DNA of 64,000 nucleotides from Gordius albopunctatus (GCA_964276515.1 OZ193910.1:496001-560000), one strand, 5' to 3'; shown: positions 37,701 to 50,800, counted from the first letter of the stretch. Translations and numbers: made by a program. The notes: a model not told the origin generated them from the letters alone.

Positions 37701-40447
37701 TTGTGGGCAATGCTTTTTTACGACCCCTAATAATATCTCAGTTTTTAATGCTGTATATCTAGGCATATTTTAAACTAAAAGGAGGATTTGCTTAGGAAGT
37801 TAGGGGATATTCGCATGTTTCGGAAATAACCGAGATTAATGATGTTGCTCCGGGCTCGATTCGGGCGCAAAAATAAAAATGGCTTTTCGCCTCGGGCCGG
37901 ACTACTCATACAAATTAACGTAAGACAGTGGGCATTTTATGGAGCATTTTAAACCTGGACTGTGGATTAGTAAAATAATTAAATAAAGATAGAATACGTG
38001 TGAATAACAAAGTGAGTTTAAAAAAGCCTTATTTTTTGTCGAACTTGACATTATGATAATACATACATACATAGGTCCGCCCCGACTAACAGTCGTTTTT
38101 TCTTAACGTTTACTCGGGTTAAGACGAGTGAAAGTCTACATCTTTAGAGATGTGTATGAGGGCCTATTGGACTAGATGTCACAATAGTACAGGTGAGGTG
38201 CCGCAAGTCAGTAGGCAGCACACTCGGTTTATATAAATCAAAAAGGACAAAAAAAAAATTTTTTACCTACCATCTAGGACAATTACTGGAGATAAGGGAT
38301 AGTTTACCTCGTTCGGATGATAATAAATTAATTAAGGAATTAATTGATTAATAAGCATCAGCATTAAACACCAGTGAAGGAAATCTTATAAGCCACAGAG
38401 ATGAGAATTATACGGTGGAGCTTGGGGTAAACTAAGCTCGATCATATGACGAATGACTTTCTCATGACAAATATGAATATTCAACCTATGGCGGACATGA
38501 TTAACGAAAATCGGTTAAGGGGGTATGAAGATATACTAAGGGGGACACGAATGACCTAAATCGAAAAGTACTGGACATAGAGGTGCCGGAGAAGAGAGGA
38601 AGAGAACGACCTCGAGTCATATGGAACGGGCAAGGCGATAAAGTTATGAAAACTAAAGAGTAGTCAAGACATGGCACTCACCCGGTCAAGATGCAAGAAA
38701 CTTATCAAAACAAACCCCACAACCGTGGGACCAAATAACTGATAAAGAAGAAGATTCAAACAAAGGGCTTCACCCCTATACCCCGGCTGAGACTGCACCT
38801 CTAAACCTTACTCAAGGGGCTCTGCCCCTTAAACCCCTGTCTGCTTGCTGTCTTTGTGTTGCCTTATTAGGCTCTTCTAAATTCGTACGGGAGCATTCAT
38901 TTGCTATGCAATTTAAGCAATAGTAAAAATTAACGGAAGGAAAATTGAGGGTAGAGGGTCGGGATACATCTATAATGGTACCTGTTGGTTTAAACTACAC
39001 AATATATCAGCGAAACATGATAACAGTGAGACCCTATTGCAATAAAGCTCGGTTGGTGGCCAATGATATACCTAAAGTTTGTAAGCTTAAGTAAGCAGAA
39101 TTGTAGTTTTCCCAAATAAGTGAAAAGCTGGACGTGCTAAAATATGTTCAGGCGCAAAAACAAAACAGATTTTCAGGCGGGTTGGGGTTTTGATTGAAGT
39201 CCGAAAACCGCCCTTGCCAGAATCGTGATTTTGCTGTGGGGCCCAAAAAAGTTTTTAGCACCTTTAATAAAAAAAACCTGTGGCAATTTACAAATTAAAT
39301 AATCTTTAGGCATGTATTAATCTATTTGACAGTGTATTTATACAAGCAAAATGTGTAAAGCAAAGCAATAAAAAATTTGATGTTAAGTACTTTGCTTTAT
39401 GTGTTTATATTTTGTATTTAACGTGTTAATTCTTCCTACATTAAGTTCGTGAATTATTTCCCATGGGACAATTATATTTTAATCGCTCATTATATGATCG
39501 AGGCATAAGGATGAGCATGCACATCACTTATAGTATTTTCTAGAAATAATGTATATAGCAAAACAACGTTTGCCGGGTCAGCTAGTATATATATATACAT
39601 ATAAGTTGATATATATGCATATATTTATCATTAATTTTTATGTTCAACTCATATGACGATACACGAATCGATAGATATACCTCGGGAAACAATATTAGCC
39701 TTTTTCCTTCGTGACGATCTCATGTGTAGTGAATTGGTAGTCTTGAATGGTATTCTGCGTTGGATTCAACAAGATCTTGATCGCATCAATTTACCATTCA
39801 AGTGTGGCGTAATTAAAGAACGCTATGGCTCATTATTACACGCCATACGTTTTCCTCTTTTGAGCTTAGAAGACTTGAATGAATACGTTATAAGGCAAGG
39901 CATATTAGAAGCGACTGACTTGGTGGAAATTATGTTCTACCATACTCACATGTGGTCCCTGTCCAAAACTACTTTTAGTTGTCGACTAAGGTCCCAAGCC
40001 TACACGGTTTATCCTTTGTTGGATAAGGTTTCGACCAAAACTAAATACAATCCCCTGCCCTTAACCATAGCCGATGACAGCGTTAGGTTAACCTTCCTGG
40101 GACGCTTCATATTAACCGGTCTGCTGTTACCGAACTTTAAAACGAATCTCATTTCAAAATTGAGTGTTACTATAACGCAACTCGGAAATATCTTATACCG
40201 ATTTGACCTTAAGAACCGTATTGAGGACTACAAAAACTTTGCGAAGTACCCGTTTGAACGCCCAGCATTTCTGTACACGACCGATCAGGGTACTACAATA
40301 GACATATCACTTTACGTCGAACCGCGTGTTCGATTAGATGAATGGCAAAAAAGATTTGACGCGATAACGTTAAAGTACGGCAAACACACGGAAATAACTG
40401 TTAATAGCACTGGTCAATATGCATTAATTCTCGGGTTGCTAATGTGA
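31753..40447 (+). CDS. BTB/POZ-BACK domain protein (BTBD1/2/3/6-like), 5 predicted exons
   Basis: Exons 31753-31836, 31875-32041, 32078-32306, 32345-32393 and 39675-40447. BTB motifs DVDVLF, LANVSPVFKAMFYGPL and LLYASKKY. The phase-1 splice joins SPTFL-DIPRETIL...SELVVLNGILRW...AIRFPLL (BACK). Confidence 0.82.
34016..34204 (+). pseudogene. Possible LTR-retrotransposon RNase H remnant (BEL/Pao-like)
   Basis: VFIKN...W.PTTENSADLLSR resembles the BEL/Pao FVANR...W..VP...NPAD..SR motif. Short match only. Confidence 0.3.
35227..35774. mobile_element. MITE-like element with ~55-bp inverted ends
   Basis: TTTGTGGT...GTGTACCCGATATTTTATATATTC at about 35231-35282 is inverted at 35718-35770. Confidence 0.65.
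36283..37413. mobile_element. hAT-type non-autonomous element with ~375-bp near-perfect inverted arms
   Basis: 8-bp TSD GTTCGGAC at 36275-36282 and 37414-37421. TIR TAGTG(A/G)TGATCAAAACCTAGGTT. Arms at 36326-36700 and 36984-37359. Confidence 0.92.
38361..38754 (+). mobile_element. RTE 3' fragment, same family as 882-7183
   Basis: Matches the ALNTTEG..ATEMR.IRWSLG.TKL coding sequence and ends GATAAAGAAGAAGA. Confidence 0.82.
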
Positions 40448-40796
40448 TCTCGGCATATCTTTTTTACAATACATAAGTTTTTATATTACGTTTTTGTTAA
40501 AAATATTTCATCTATTTGTGTATATTTCAATTTAAATTACTTGGTGCTAGTTAATTAATTAAAAATGAAATATATCTTTTTGACGTATGATTACATTGAA
40601 AGGTAGAGTGTAAATATAATTAATTCCCCATTTGCATTGTAAAGAGAAAATTTATTGACATCATGCAATTGCCATAATTGGTTTATTATAGATTAGACAA
40701 GCAAAGCATATTTAATCAAAATAACCATAATTATCGTGTATAATATTATTAATTTAAATAAAATATAAAACAAGGCAGAAATGTATCTTAAAAAAT

Positions 40797-42053
40797 TCAA
40801 GTTTTGTGAATGGTCGACAGGTACTTTTTAACTTTTGTGTGTATCTTAGTGACTAAATTAGCTATGTCGCGCATATCCACGTTGAAAAAGATGATAATTA
40901 AAAGGCCAAATGAGCTTTTAAGCTTGTAGAATATATGAATAACGTTATAATAAACGCCAGGCTGGATCGTTTTGTCTTTTATCAAAAACACCGTCACAAA
41001 TATTATCGTTAAAAAATAGTAAAGATTTATGAGATGTAATAAAAAGACAATCATCATTTGTCTACGCCTTTTGGCGTTTTGTTTAAAATAATTTTTCATA
41101 ATATCTACAGTGTCGAACATGACAGGAATAGGTGAAAACGCTTTTGGGCTTGGCAGACTAATTCTCTTTAAATTTTGTATATTGTCATTTGATACATGCG
41201 TTTGAGTGCGTCTATTAGACTTAATCGGTGCAATCCTACGAGTATACTTCTTATTTAAGTAATGTATCAAAGCACAATTTGATATTATGATTCCGATGGC
41301 TGGCATATAATCCATAAATATGGAACTAACTACGTGAATTATCATTTTGTTCCACACACCTTTAGAATTTAAGCATATTAAGTAAGGTTTAAACTCTTGA
41401 GAAATTGCGTGAAATTGGAGTAGAGATTTATCGAGCACATTGATAACACTAGTGTTTACGTAATTGGGAATCAGTAGAACAAGCGAAAGGACTAATGAAA
41501 AGAAACATATGAAGAGAGACGTAGTTTTCGTCATTACATTAGCATATTTGTGGGGTATAGCTACTGCCATGGCGCGATCGAAGGTGATCCAAAATTTAAG
41601 GAGGTTCGAAGTATTGCTCAAGCAATTCACTACCGTGTCAAAAAGTTTACATTCGATGAGCATTAGCAATTGACTGCTTCCTCTGGGATATTGTCGATCA
41701 ATGTTTAGTTTGTTGGTACAAAATGCGGCTACAAATATTAACGATTGCAACAAGTCGCAACTTGAGATTGTGGCTAAATAAATATTCCAATTAGCAAAAC
41801 CTTGATTTTTAAAATCCGTTCTTCTAGCAGCAGGACGGCTTTGCTTGTTTTGACGTCGAGGTTTAATATTAACGGCATACACAAACCCCGTAAGATTAAA
41901 AAGAACGCCAAAAAAGGTAATATACCAAAATATTTTTGGCATTCTAAAAAATAAATATTCATTATCTTTGTGACCGTTAGCAAAATTATTAAGGAATTTT
42001 GCGAAGTTTTGGGAATCATTAGTTTGAGAATCGTTACCATTTGATGCGTCCAT
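40797..42053 (-). CDS. Divergent class A GPCR, intronless (418 aa)
   Basis: N-terminal N-glycosylation sequons, TM1 GVLFN, TM2 YLATISSCD, TM3 TFDRAMAVAIP, TM4 LLIP, TM5 YMP....ISN, and two further hydrophobic segments. Confidence 0.85.
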   Translation of the reverse strand: MDASNGNDSQTNDSQNFAKFLNNFANGHKDNEYLFFRMPKIFWYITFFGVLFNLTGFVYAVNIKPRRQNKQSRPAARRTDFKNQGFANWNIYLATISSCDLLQSLIFVAAFCTNKLNIDRQYPRGSSQLLMLIECKLFDTVVNCLSNTSNLLKFWITFDRAMAVAIPHKYANVMTKTTSLFICFFSLVLSLVLLIPNYVNTSVINVLDKSLLQFHAISQEFKPYLICLNSKGVWNKMIIHVVSSIFMDYMPAIGIIISNCALIHYLNKKYTRRIAPIKSNRRTQTHVSNDNIQNLKRISLPSPKAFSPIPVMFDTVDIMKNYFKQNAKRRRQMMIVFLLHLINLYYFLTIIFVTVFLIKDKTIQPGVYYNVIHIFYKLKSSFGLLIIIFFNVDMRDIANLVTKIHTKVKKYLSTIHKT

Positions 42054-44214
42054 TTATGTCCAAAATATCTACACAATGAAAGTGTATCTTATTGATTTGA
42101 ATAATATTATTTTCCGATTTTGTAGTTTAAAAAGAAGCATGAATATAATTAAAAACTAGATAAATATAGCTTATAATCGAATTTATACGCAGAATAATAG
42201 ATAATTTCATGCAGGAGTTAGAATTCAAATTTAATGTGAACTTAATGAAATCTCAAATGCGTGGAAAGGAGTCTGCATATTTATGTCCAATTAAAAATTA
42301 ATGAGCGTTAATTTTTTCCGTCTATTAATTCAGAGTAAAACCAATGCTGTAGGGTAATCAAATTATCTACCTATTTAATTAAGATCTAAGCGATTATCCA
42401 GGAGCTTCGCTAAAAGGTATAAGTTTAACAATTATACAAGTTTAAGTTTCAAATGGCCCTAACAAAGTTTTCAAATGTTAGCCTAATAGATTCTTAATAT
42501 GTTAAAATCATTTGAATAATTGTGGTATATCGTCATGTCTATTCCTCGTCTAAAGACGAATCGCTAATGCCGTTTTCCTACATTGTGTTTGCTACATATA
42601 ATAATTAATTGATGTATTTTTTCGAACTAAATAAGGTTTTGTAAATGCCCATCGCACACAGCCTTTTACTTGCCTACGTAATCCAGAATAATTTATGATT
42701 CTTATCATATTTAATATTCTACCTCAATTTTATATATTGAGAATCTTTTAAAGGTATCGTCAAGGCATATATTGCACGCCTAAACCGTTTAGATTATCTT
42801 CATAATATAATTTATGAGTTGAAATGGTGCTTGCTCAATGCGATCAACCAACCCTTCAAATTCGATCATGTTTTCCTTTTCTGTATTGAATGTTTCATGA
42901 ATGTATCCACATGACTAATGTAAAGTGAGTTGCATAAAAATTAAAAATAATTTGGCTAGCACATTAACTACACCTATTTGACATATCAAATGTTCGACTC
43001 TATGAGTTCGAAGTTTCTTTACTCATTGAGTCTGGATCTCTATCATATATAAATGAGCTATAATCAAGTTAAACCTATGCGTAGGTATTTAATCACATTT
43101 TTATTTACTCGTTAATTACACAATAATTTTTAAAAGTGCTTATTTATTAAAAAGTAATGCTTTGCAAAATAAATTTTCTCCGACCAAAGCCCAAACTATT
43201 TTGATTTTTGAACCTGCACGACCCGACATCTACTAAAGTGAAGTTTTTCACAAATATTTGATTTTACATTTATTTTAAATATATAATACATTAAATTGCT
43301 ATTGATTTAAATTTTAGCAAGGATAGGTATGATAAAAAATCCAAATTATCTCAATTTAAATAACTAATTTTTTTACGGCTTAAAGTAAATAATCTTTTTG
43401 AATTACTAATAGCTACTATGTATGATATAAATAGAAGAAAATTAGGATAAAACTACATTTTTAATTTAAAAATCTTAGATAGGGAGGAGTGGCTGGAATA
43501 TTAAGATTTTTTATAGAGTCAGACTTATTAAAGCACACTACTTAAATTGTTATTTGGCTAAAGTTTACTAAGCCCCGAGCTCAATAATTTTATTTATTTA
43601 CACCTGAGTCCGGTCCGAAACATCTCGTGCTGGGGCGGGCTCTCGGCCCCGCTTTATATGAAGGTCGCATATTTATATAAAAATTTCTATAAGTGTGCTA
43701 GATAAGAGTGAAATCCCTCAAGCTAAATGATGCCGTGTTCTTAAAAATACTAGTCCTTAACAAACTAGTAATAACAATCTAAGAAAAAAGGCAATTAAAG
43801 TAAATAGCCCTAAAATAGATACTAAATAATTATTGCAGAAAATTTTAAGAATTTAAGTAATTTATAAGCTACATTTAAAAATTCGACCTTTATTTACAAC
43901 ATTTTAAAGAATGTTAATTTGAGACTAAGTAAAAATTTTACTTCCTCTCTCCAGCTTACGTTAAATATATTAATTGTTCCGCTTTACCAACTGATTAATG
44001 ACGCTGACTACCACTATAAATTTGATAATGGCCACCACATCTCTGGGTATAAGAGGCGATCTTTTAATTTGATTTGAAAATTTTAACCTATAATGACTCT
44101 TTTTGATTTTTCTTTAGAACCAAATTGTATAAATTAAATTTCGCGTATGAATTTTTTGACGAAACTTTTTGTCAACTTTGTATCCTAAGGATTTCACTAA
44201 GTTGCTGTTATATG

Positions 44215-45002
44215 TGTAGTGTTTGGACATTGGCGACATTAAGTAGTCAATTGGCAAAAATCAGATGATTTTTTGTTCTAGATTATTCTACACCATTTCC
44301 TGAATATTATATTATACCAAATCGCGCTCATATTTTATCCACTTTCGCGATAAACGCAAACTATTGAATATTCCATTATACCAAATCTCGCTCATATTTT
44401 ATTTCATTGTTAATTGATATTTGTCCTTATTGTGTGTGTGGAAATACGTAAATAATAAATACCTTACAATCATCATATTGGTGACCTGAGACGTGATGGA
44501 AACAAACAAAACAATCCCAGACTCCAATAAGCCAAGAGAAAGCGCAATTCATATGAGAATTCCTGAATTCCATCCTAAAAATGTATGCATATGGTTGTCA
44601 CAGGTAGAAGCCGTCTTTCCTACACGCAATATATCCTCGCAAAAGTCTAAGTATTCCTACCTAGTCGAATCGCTACCCCCAAAAGTCGGGGAAGAGGTGG
44701 CAGACCTCATATTTGCGGTTCCAGAATCTGTCCCTTACGAAAAACTGAAAGAAGCAATCGTGAAAAGACATGGAGACAGTGAAGAAAAGCGAATAAGGAA
44801 TTTATTCTCTGAGATATTTCTTGGAGACCGCACCCCCTCCCAGTTGGTAAGATACTTAAAATCTCGTTTAGGTAATAATACAATAACCCTACTCCCAAAA
44901 TTCTTATCCCCAATATTCCCATTACCAATATTAAAACAAACGAAATGCAGGAACTTATCAACTGTGTCACAATTAGAACTCAGAGTAAATCAATTAACAT
45001 AA
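44215..45002 (+). mobile_element. Truncated Gypsy (CsRN1-like) element: 5' LTR, PBS and partial gag
   Basis: LTR-like TG...CATCA to 44475 (start approximate). PBS TGGTGACC at 44479 (tRNA-Trp-like). ORF 44493-45002 with gag motifs IPEF.P....W..QVEA.F, PYEKLK and LGDRTPSQL. Confidence 0.78.
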
Positions 45003-45465
45003 ATAAACTTTTAAGGCTACTGTTTCAATTTCGTCTCAGTCTTGAAAACAAAATCTCTTCTCGGCAGCGATTATGAAAATCTCGTCTCGGTCTAGAAAAA
45101 TCTCGATCTCGTCTCGTCTCGACTTTTTAAAAAAAATATATACGGAATGAAAATTTCTCCTGTTTTATTAAAAATATTAAATAAGTTTTAAAAAATTAAA
45201 ATGGCGAATTTTTATATTTTTTGATAAATTTTAATACACAAACTTTTTAAAGATTTAGCGGGACACGAAATCTCATTGTCAATATAAATATATGAATTCA
45301 TTCAAAAAATAACATTTTCTTTGGAAAGTGCAGACTAAAAAACTATAAATAAATTTGAAGTATAGAAAATTAAATTTTATTGTTCTAGCAAATTATAACG
45401 TTTGTATCAAATCACCGTGTTTGTCAACTATATAGACTTAGAAAATAATAATTTCGGTTATAATT

Positions 45466-46677
45466 TTTTTTTTTAAAAAGTTTATTTTTAAGAAACAAAG
45501 TTACATTAATAAGCGAAATACAAAATAAAGACATATTGGTTAAATACAAAGATTTATATCATTCTCTTCTAAAATGGGCCATGAGTCGGCGAATGATTTA
45601 AAGTTGTATCGTGCAACAAGAATCCCTAGTTGTTGCCTGAGTAAAAAGGACGCAAAAATTTTAGATTTCGGGGTGCGTTTTCCGATTTCTTTAAAAAACC
45701 CCATTGCCTGTTTTCCAAAGGAACCAGAGCACGTGGCAACGACAGGGATAAAAATATTGGATGCCAAAAGGGCAGAATACTTTGTAGTTTTACGCCCTTC
45801 TTCTGTAGCGATAGGGTCGTAATTAAAATGGGAAGGTGCAAAAAGGTCAATACAAGTAAAATCCCATTTGAGGGATAGGCCATTTTGCCAGGGGACTAGA
45901 GAAGAGCCGTCAGGGCGCATCCTACCTTCAAGAGAGGGATCTGACGGCTCAAGGATTGAGGGGATTTTGGCCTTTTTAAGGGCAGCTTGAATTAATAAAT
46001 TAGCTTTAGTGTGCCTAACGTATTTATATTTGTTTGCTAGGCAGTGTAGAGGGTGCCTAGCATATTCGTCTACAACGGTAAGGCAGTTTTGACAGTTGAA
46101 TTCTCTGCTGTAACTAATCCCCAACCTTAAAGCTATGGAATATGATAGCTCAAAGTCTTCAAGCAGCATTCCCAAAAGTTTGCTGGGATAGGCTTCAAGC
46201 CACTCGTGACCGGAACCGTCAAAAGCGAGGGACCTAAGGTTGTAATGCTGGCTATCATCGCTGCTCGATAAGAGGTAATCAACGGAGCGCGATACTAGTC
46301 CAGAATCCCAATCCTTTTGTCTCGTACTTTGAGGTTGGATGGTCTCGGGTGTGACATTCAAATTCCAAAGCTCCAAGGCTTGAGTTAGCAGGGGGTCGGA
46401 ATCATGTTTTATGAGATTAAAAATTAAGTTTTGGACCGACTTAAAAGAGGAAATAAAAGCGGCTAGCGATATGCTGCCAGGTGGGCGAATTCCTAATCCT
46501 CCAGATTTGGTTGGGAGGGATGCTTGAATCCAATTGTTAGTATTAAATTTTAAATTTAAAATTTTTTCTAATAACGTTTTTAAAAAGCCTTCGTACGACT
46601 TTAAAACGTCTAGGTGTAAAAATGCGCCAGATGAGCGAAAACAATGATTAATCTTTGAGATGTTAAAATAGTTTTTG
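45466..46677 (-). mobile_element. 5'-truncated CRE-like non-LTR retrotransposon (RT thumb, CCHC knuckle, restriction-like endonuclease)
   Basis: Frame reads WIQASLPTKSGGLGIR, then CQNC..H...C, RH, RPDG, WDFTC and RKTTKY (ORF 45540-46376, open upstream). Poly(A) at about 45466-45474. 34-bp TSD at 45432-45465 and 46678-46711. Confidence 0.9.
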
Positions 46678-47149
46678 ATAGACTTAGAAAATAATAATTT
46701 CGGTTATAATTGACTTAGTTACACAATTTAGCGAATTGAGACCCTTTATTAACCCTGGCTAAAGCTTCAAAGTAGACCTTAACATATTTAAGGCAAACAT
46801 TTAAGTCCATTAGTACCATTATTAATTATAGCCCATAGTGTTTATTGCATATTTACTATAGCGTTATAAACCACAATGTGCGAGTGACTTTTAATGGATA
46901 ATATTATTATTTACAGAATTGATAACTAGATGCACATATAAAAACTGGTAGAAACAACAATAAAGGCAGCATTATTATAGGGTTAGGAATATGAGGTTTT
47001 AAACTCTAAATTTCACATATTTAAATTTATGACAAAAATCATTAAAATCAAATTTATATTCCAAATAATTATCTTCCAATTCTAACTAACTTTGACATTA
47101 AATAGTTATTTATCGAATATAGTTAAAGCATAAAACTTCTAGAAAACTC

Positions 47150-47743
47150 ATGCTTTAGATTTAATCCATTGCGGTGTCATTAAATAATCTATTTTCCTTT
47201 TGAAATCGTTAAGCGGGCGCTCAAAAATCTCGAGCCACCTTAGCTTAACTAATTTAACTATTCAAACTGATTCACCACCAATTTATAATTTCCGCATTAT
47301 GCAGGATGAATAACTGCGAAATATAAATATGCTTTGTTTATATTTGCTATTCAATCAAAACTCATTCTAAGCCTATAATTTTTTAATATTTAATAATGCT
47401 ATGGATTTAAATATGTAATAAAGATATTATAAAATTATTCACTTACCCTAAGGGTCAACCATACTTAGGTAAATCCTGCAAAAAATATAATATTTTCAGG
47501 AATTTTTTAACTTAAAATATATTCAATACGTATTGATTTAAACTTAATACCTTAAATGTAAATCATGCAAATTAAAATACACAAAATATAACGATCGAGA
47601 CGAGACCGAGATTTTTCACGCTTTTTCCGCATCACTATTTAAGGCTATAAGTGTCTTATTGAGATATATGAAACCATAAATAATTTTAATTCATCTTATA
47701 AATATAAATTTTAAGAAAAGTTTCAAATTTTTGCTAAGGGCGG
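47150..47743 (-). repeat. Right arm (main part) of the inverted duplication; remainder at about 45113-45440
   Basis: Reverse-complement match to 29189-29794. Confidence 0.85.
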
Positions 47744-47898
47744 GGGAAATTTTCCGCATTCCTCCCCCCTTGCTACGCCATTATAATAGCATGCTGCAAA
47801 TTAGTTTATCTTTGCAATGTCTTTCGCGAAGTGAATAATTTTCATGCGGATGTAAATTTAGCACATGGTACCAGCATTTCATCGGACGACATTCAGCA

Positions 47899-50800
47899 AT
47901 GCGTTTTTATAAAGGCTTGAGAGTAATTTTTAAAGCTTTAAAATAAAAAGCATCTTTCTAGATAAATAGTATATACCAAATCTACTCAAACAGTAACTTT
48001 TATGACTTTTATTACAAAATTTTAGGTCTTAAGCAATGCAGTAACCCGTTGCACTTGCCAAAACCGTAAGCAATATTTATTTTAATTATAGTATTGTTAA
48101 GAACTTCTTCTACTTATTGCCTATGTTACAAGAGTATAGATAGCTATACTCAAAATTTAAAAACCTATAAATCATGCCAAAGACATTTCCACATCACTTC
48201 ATATCATTGTGAGTGTGAATTTTATGTATTTTAAATTTCTTATATGTCCTTATTCAAAGTATTTTATAAATTTACCAGTCAATTAAACATTGCTAATATA
48301 TTTAGTTGAGAAAGAAGAAATTATAAATGCCCCATCTTTTCCAGACTCTGTGTCAGAAGGTGATATACGATGGATAAAAAGTAATGTATACCAACTGAAC
48401 TTAGCTGATATGTTTTATAGGTATAGGCGATACAATCAATGTTGATGATGTAATATGTGAAATTGAAACTGACAAGGTATTATAAATTATACATTAATAA
48501 CAAAAAATTAATTTAGACAGCTGTACCTGTTCCTAGTCCTATCAAGGGCATTTTATCAGCTCAGTTATTAGAGGAAGGATCTAAAGTAGTTGCTCATCAA
48601 CCTTTATTTAAAATATCTGACTCTAAAACAACATCTTATCCCAATAAAAAACCAATACAAAGTGGTAATGCCTTATAATTTATTTTTTCAGTGTGAACTT
48701 TGTTGATTATTAGCTCATCAGTGATGTAATCCCTTTAAAACTGATTTGAATTAAGAGAGTGACATTGAAGAAATTTCATATATTAATAAGGTGAAAGTAT
48801 TGATCTTGCATTTTAAGATATAGGATTTTTGGTTATTTCATAAAATAAATTAAACTTCACAACAAACTTATTTTAATAAGCAAAAAAATAAACTTAAAAC
48901 AAATAGTATCAAATCCTTTTATAATAAATTTTAATCAGTTTAACTATTTAAAATTACACAAAAAGCTAAAAATGACAACAAAAATACACTTTTCGATGTG
49001 GGTTTTGCTGTAGTGATGTGTCAACATTTAGGATATTTAAATATTATTTAACAAAATATTTGAACCAGAATTAATTATCAATAAATATATTGATATTTTT
49101 GTTACAACCATTTACATTTTCTTTGATAATTTTCTTTAATTTACTAGAACAACATGAACATGTCCAACAAGATATTCCCAAAAAGCATGAAGAAAATGCT
49201 GGTAACTAACAATTTAGAGCTTTTAGTTGTTTTTTTACATAAAAAATAACTTATTGCTCTTAACTGAATAATTATGTTCTGATTATTTTTTTAATTAAGG
49301 TTTTTCAATGCAAGAACTTCAGAGTGTGGAAGTACCACAATTTCCAGAATCCGTAAGTGAAGGTGATGTCAAATGGGTTAAAAGTAAGACTTCACTCTAA
49401 AAAACACTTTTCAACTACTGCCTAAATTAAAGTTTAAAACTTATTTTCCATAAATATAAATGACGTTTAATCTTAGAGGCTGGAGACCAGGTCAAGGTAG
49501 ATGATGTGCTTTGTGAAATTGAAACGGATAAAGTAATTATATTTATATGTGTAATTTTAAGATTTTATCAATTGTTTACATGATATCTCGACTTTATCAA
49601 TATTATAAATTGCACACACCTATATATATATAATGTTCACATGAAGACAGCTGTCCCCGTCCCTTCCCCCTTTGATGGAATATTGCAAGAAATGCTATTC
49701 CAAGATGGCGATCGTGTTAAGAGCAAAGAAGTTTTGTGCAAGATAAAATTGTCTTCTACCAAAACTCCTGCCCCCGTAGCTCCCCTCGAAAAGCAACTTT
49801 CCTCAACCTCTACGCACTCTGGTAAACTTTGTCGTTGTTTTTTTAAACTTGATCGTAAGAATAGTTTTAAGAAATGTGAAGTTTGTAAATTTTATCATTT
49901 GCTCGGGGCTTGCTATCTAATTTACGGCTGTGCAAAATGGATTTAATATATACTTTTCCACAGATTTTGTCTTTAAAAATTATTTCGCCGTACAAATCCA
50001 AAATGAATTCCGCTGTTCTTATATTTAGCAGCTTAAAATGAACAGACTTTCGAACTGTTTACTCGTACATATTTTTTAAGTTTCAATAACTACTATGGAA
50101 ATTTTGCAATTTCCTCAAAAGTTACTCTAGGGAGGGGGAGGGGCTGGAGTTTGAAAGCTATATTTCGTCCGCTGTACAACGGCATTGCTCACTGTTGGGG
50201 CCTCGGGTCGGGTTTTCTCATCAGGCCCGACCCACCGGACCGCAATTATTTAATTTTGCTCGAGCCAGACCCGGAACTCTCGGCCCGGTCTGGTTTCGGG
50301 TTGGCGCCCGCAACAGAGTATTTAAGGCACGTTGTAAAATTTATAATTTTATCATAGAATTGCTATTATTAATTTGTTACTGCTTGAATTATTACTATGT
50401 CAGTGTACAAATTTTCAATTTTAAGCATCTTATGTTTTAGGGGTTTAATTTTGATTTTTTGGTACTATAGATGTGCTCGAATCTATGGAAAATTAAATAG
50501 TCAGCCTAATAAATTAATAATACTGTATATAGTGCACGAGTTACATAATTGTTATTAATTAAGCTTTATCAGCCCTTTGCTCAAATTTAAGAAATAGATA
50601 TGATAAGAGTAAGGTGTTTTTATTTTATGATAATGTTAAAATTCCCAAAATGTCCCCTGAAGTAAAACCTTTTTCTCCTCATTTTTTTCAGAGGTGCCCA
50701 AGAAATCGGAATCGTTCGCGGTTAGCGATGAAGTCAATATCCCTAGTGGATTCAAGCAAAAATCTCAATTTTTCCCATCCAGCCCTTTGCAGCAGGCGGT

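Larger units (their letters stand above)
35920..39585 (+). mobile_element. Non-autonomous Helitron expanded by nested insertions
   Basis: 5' TCTAATATATAAAATTCTCGTG...CTCCTCTGAAATGGCTGGACCGATT and 3' CAACGTTTGCCGGGTCAGCTAG, inserted between A and T within (AT)n. The termini resemble known invertebrate Helitron ends. Pairing the two ends is inferred. Confidence 0.75.

Noticed and set aside
46695..46745. Spliced-leader gene at the CRE target
   Set aside because: GGTTATAATTGAC only loosely recalls nematode SL1, and no donor plus Sm-site arrangement was recognised.
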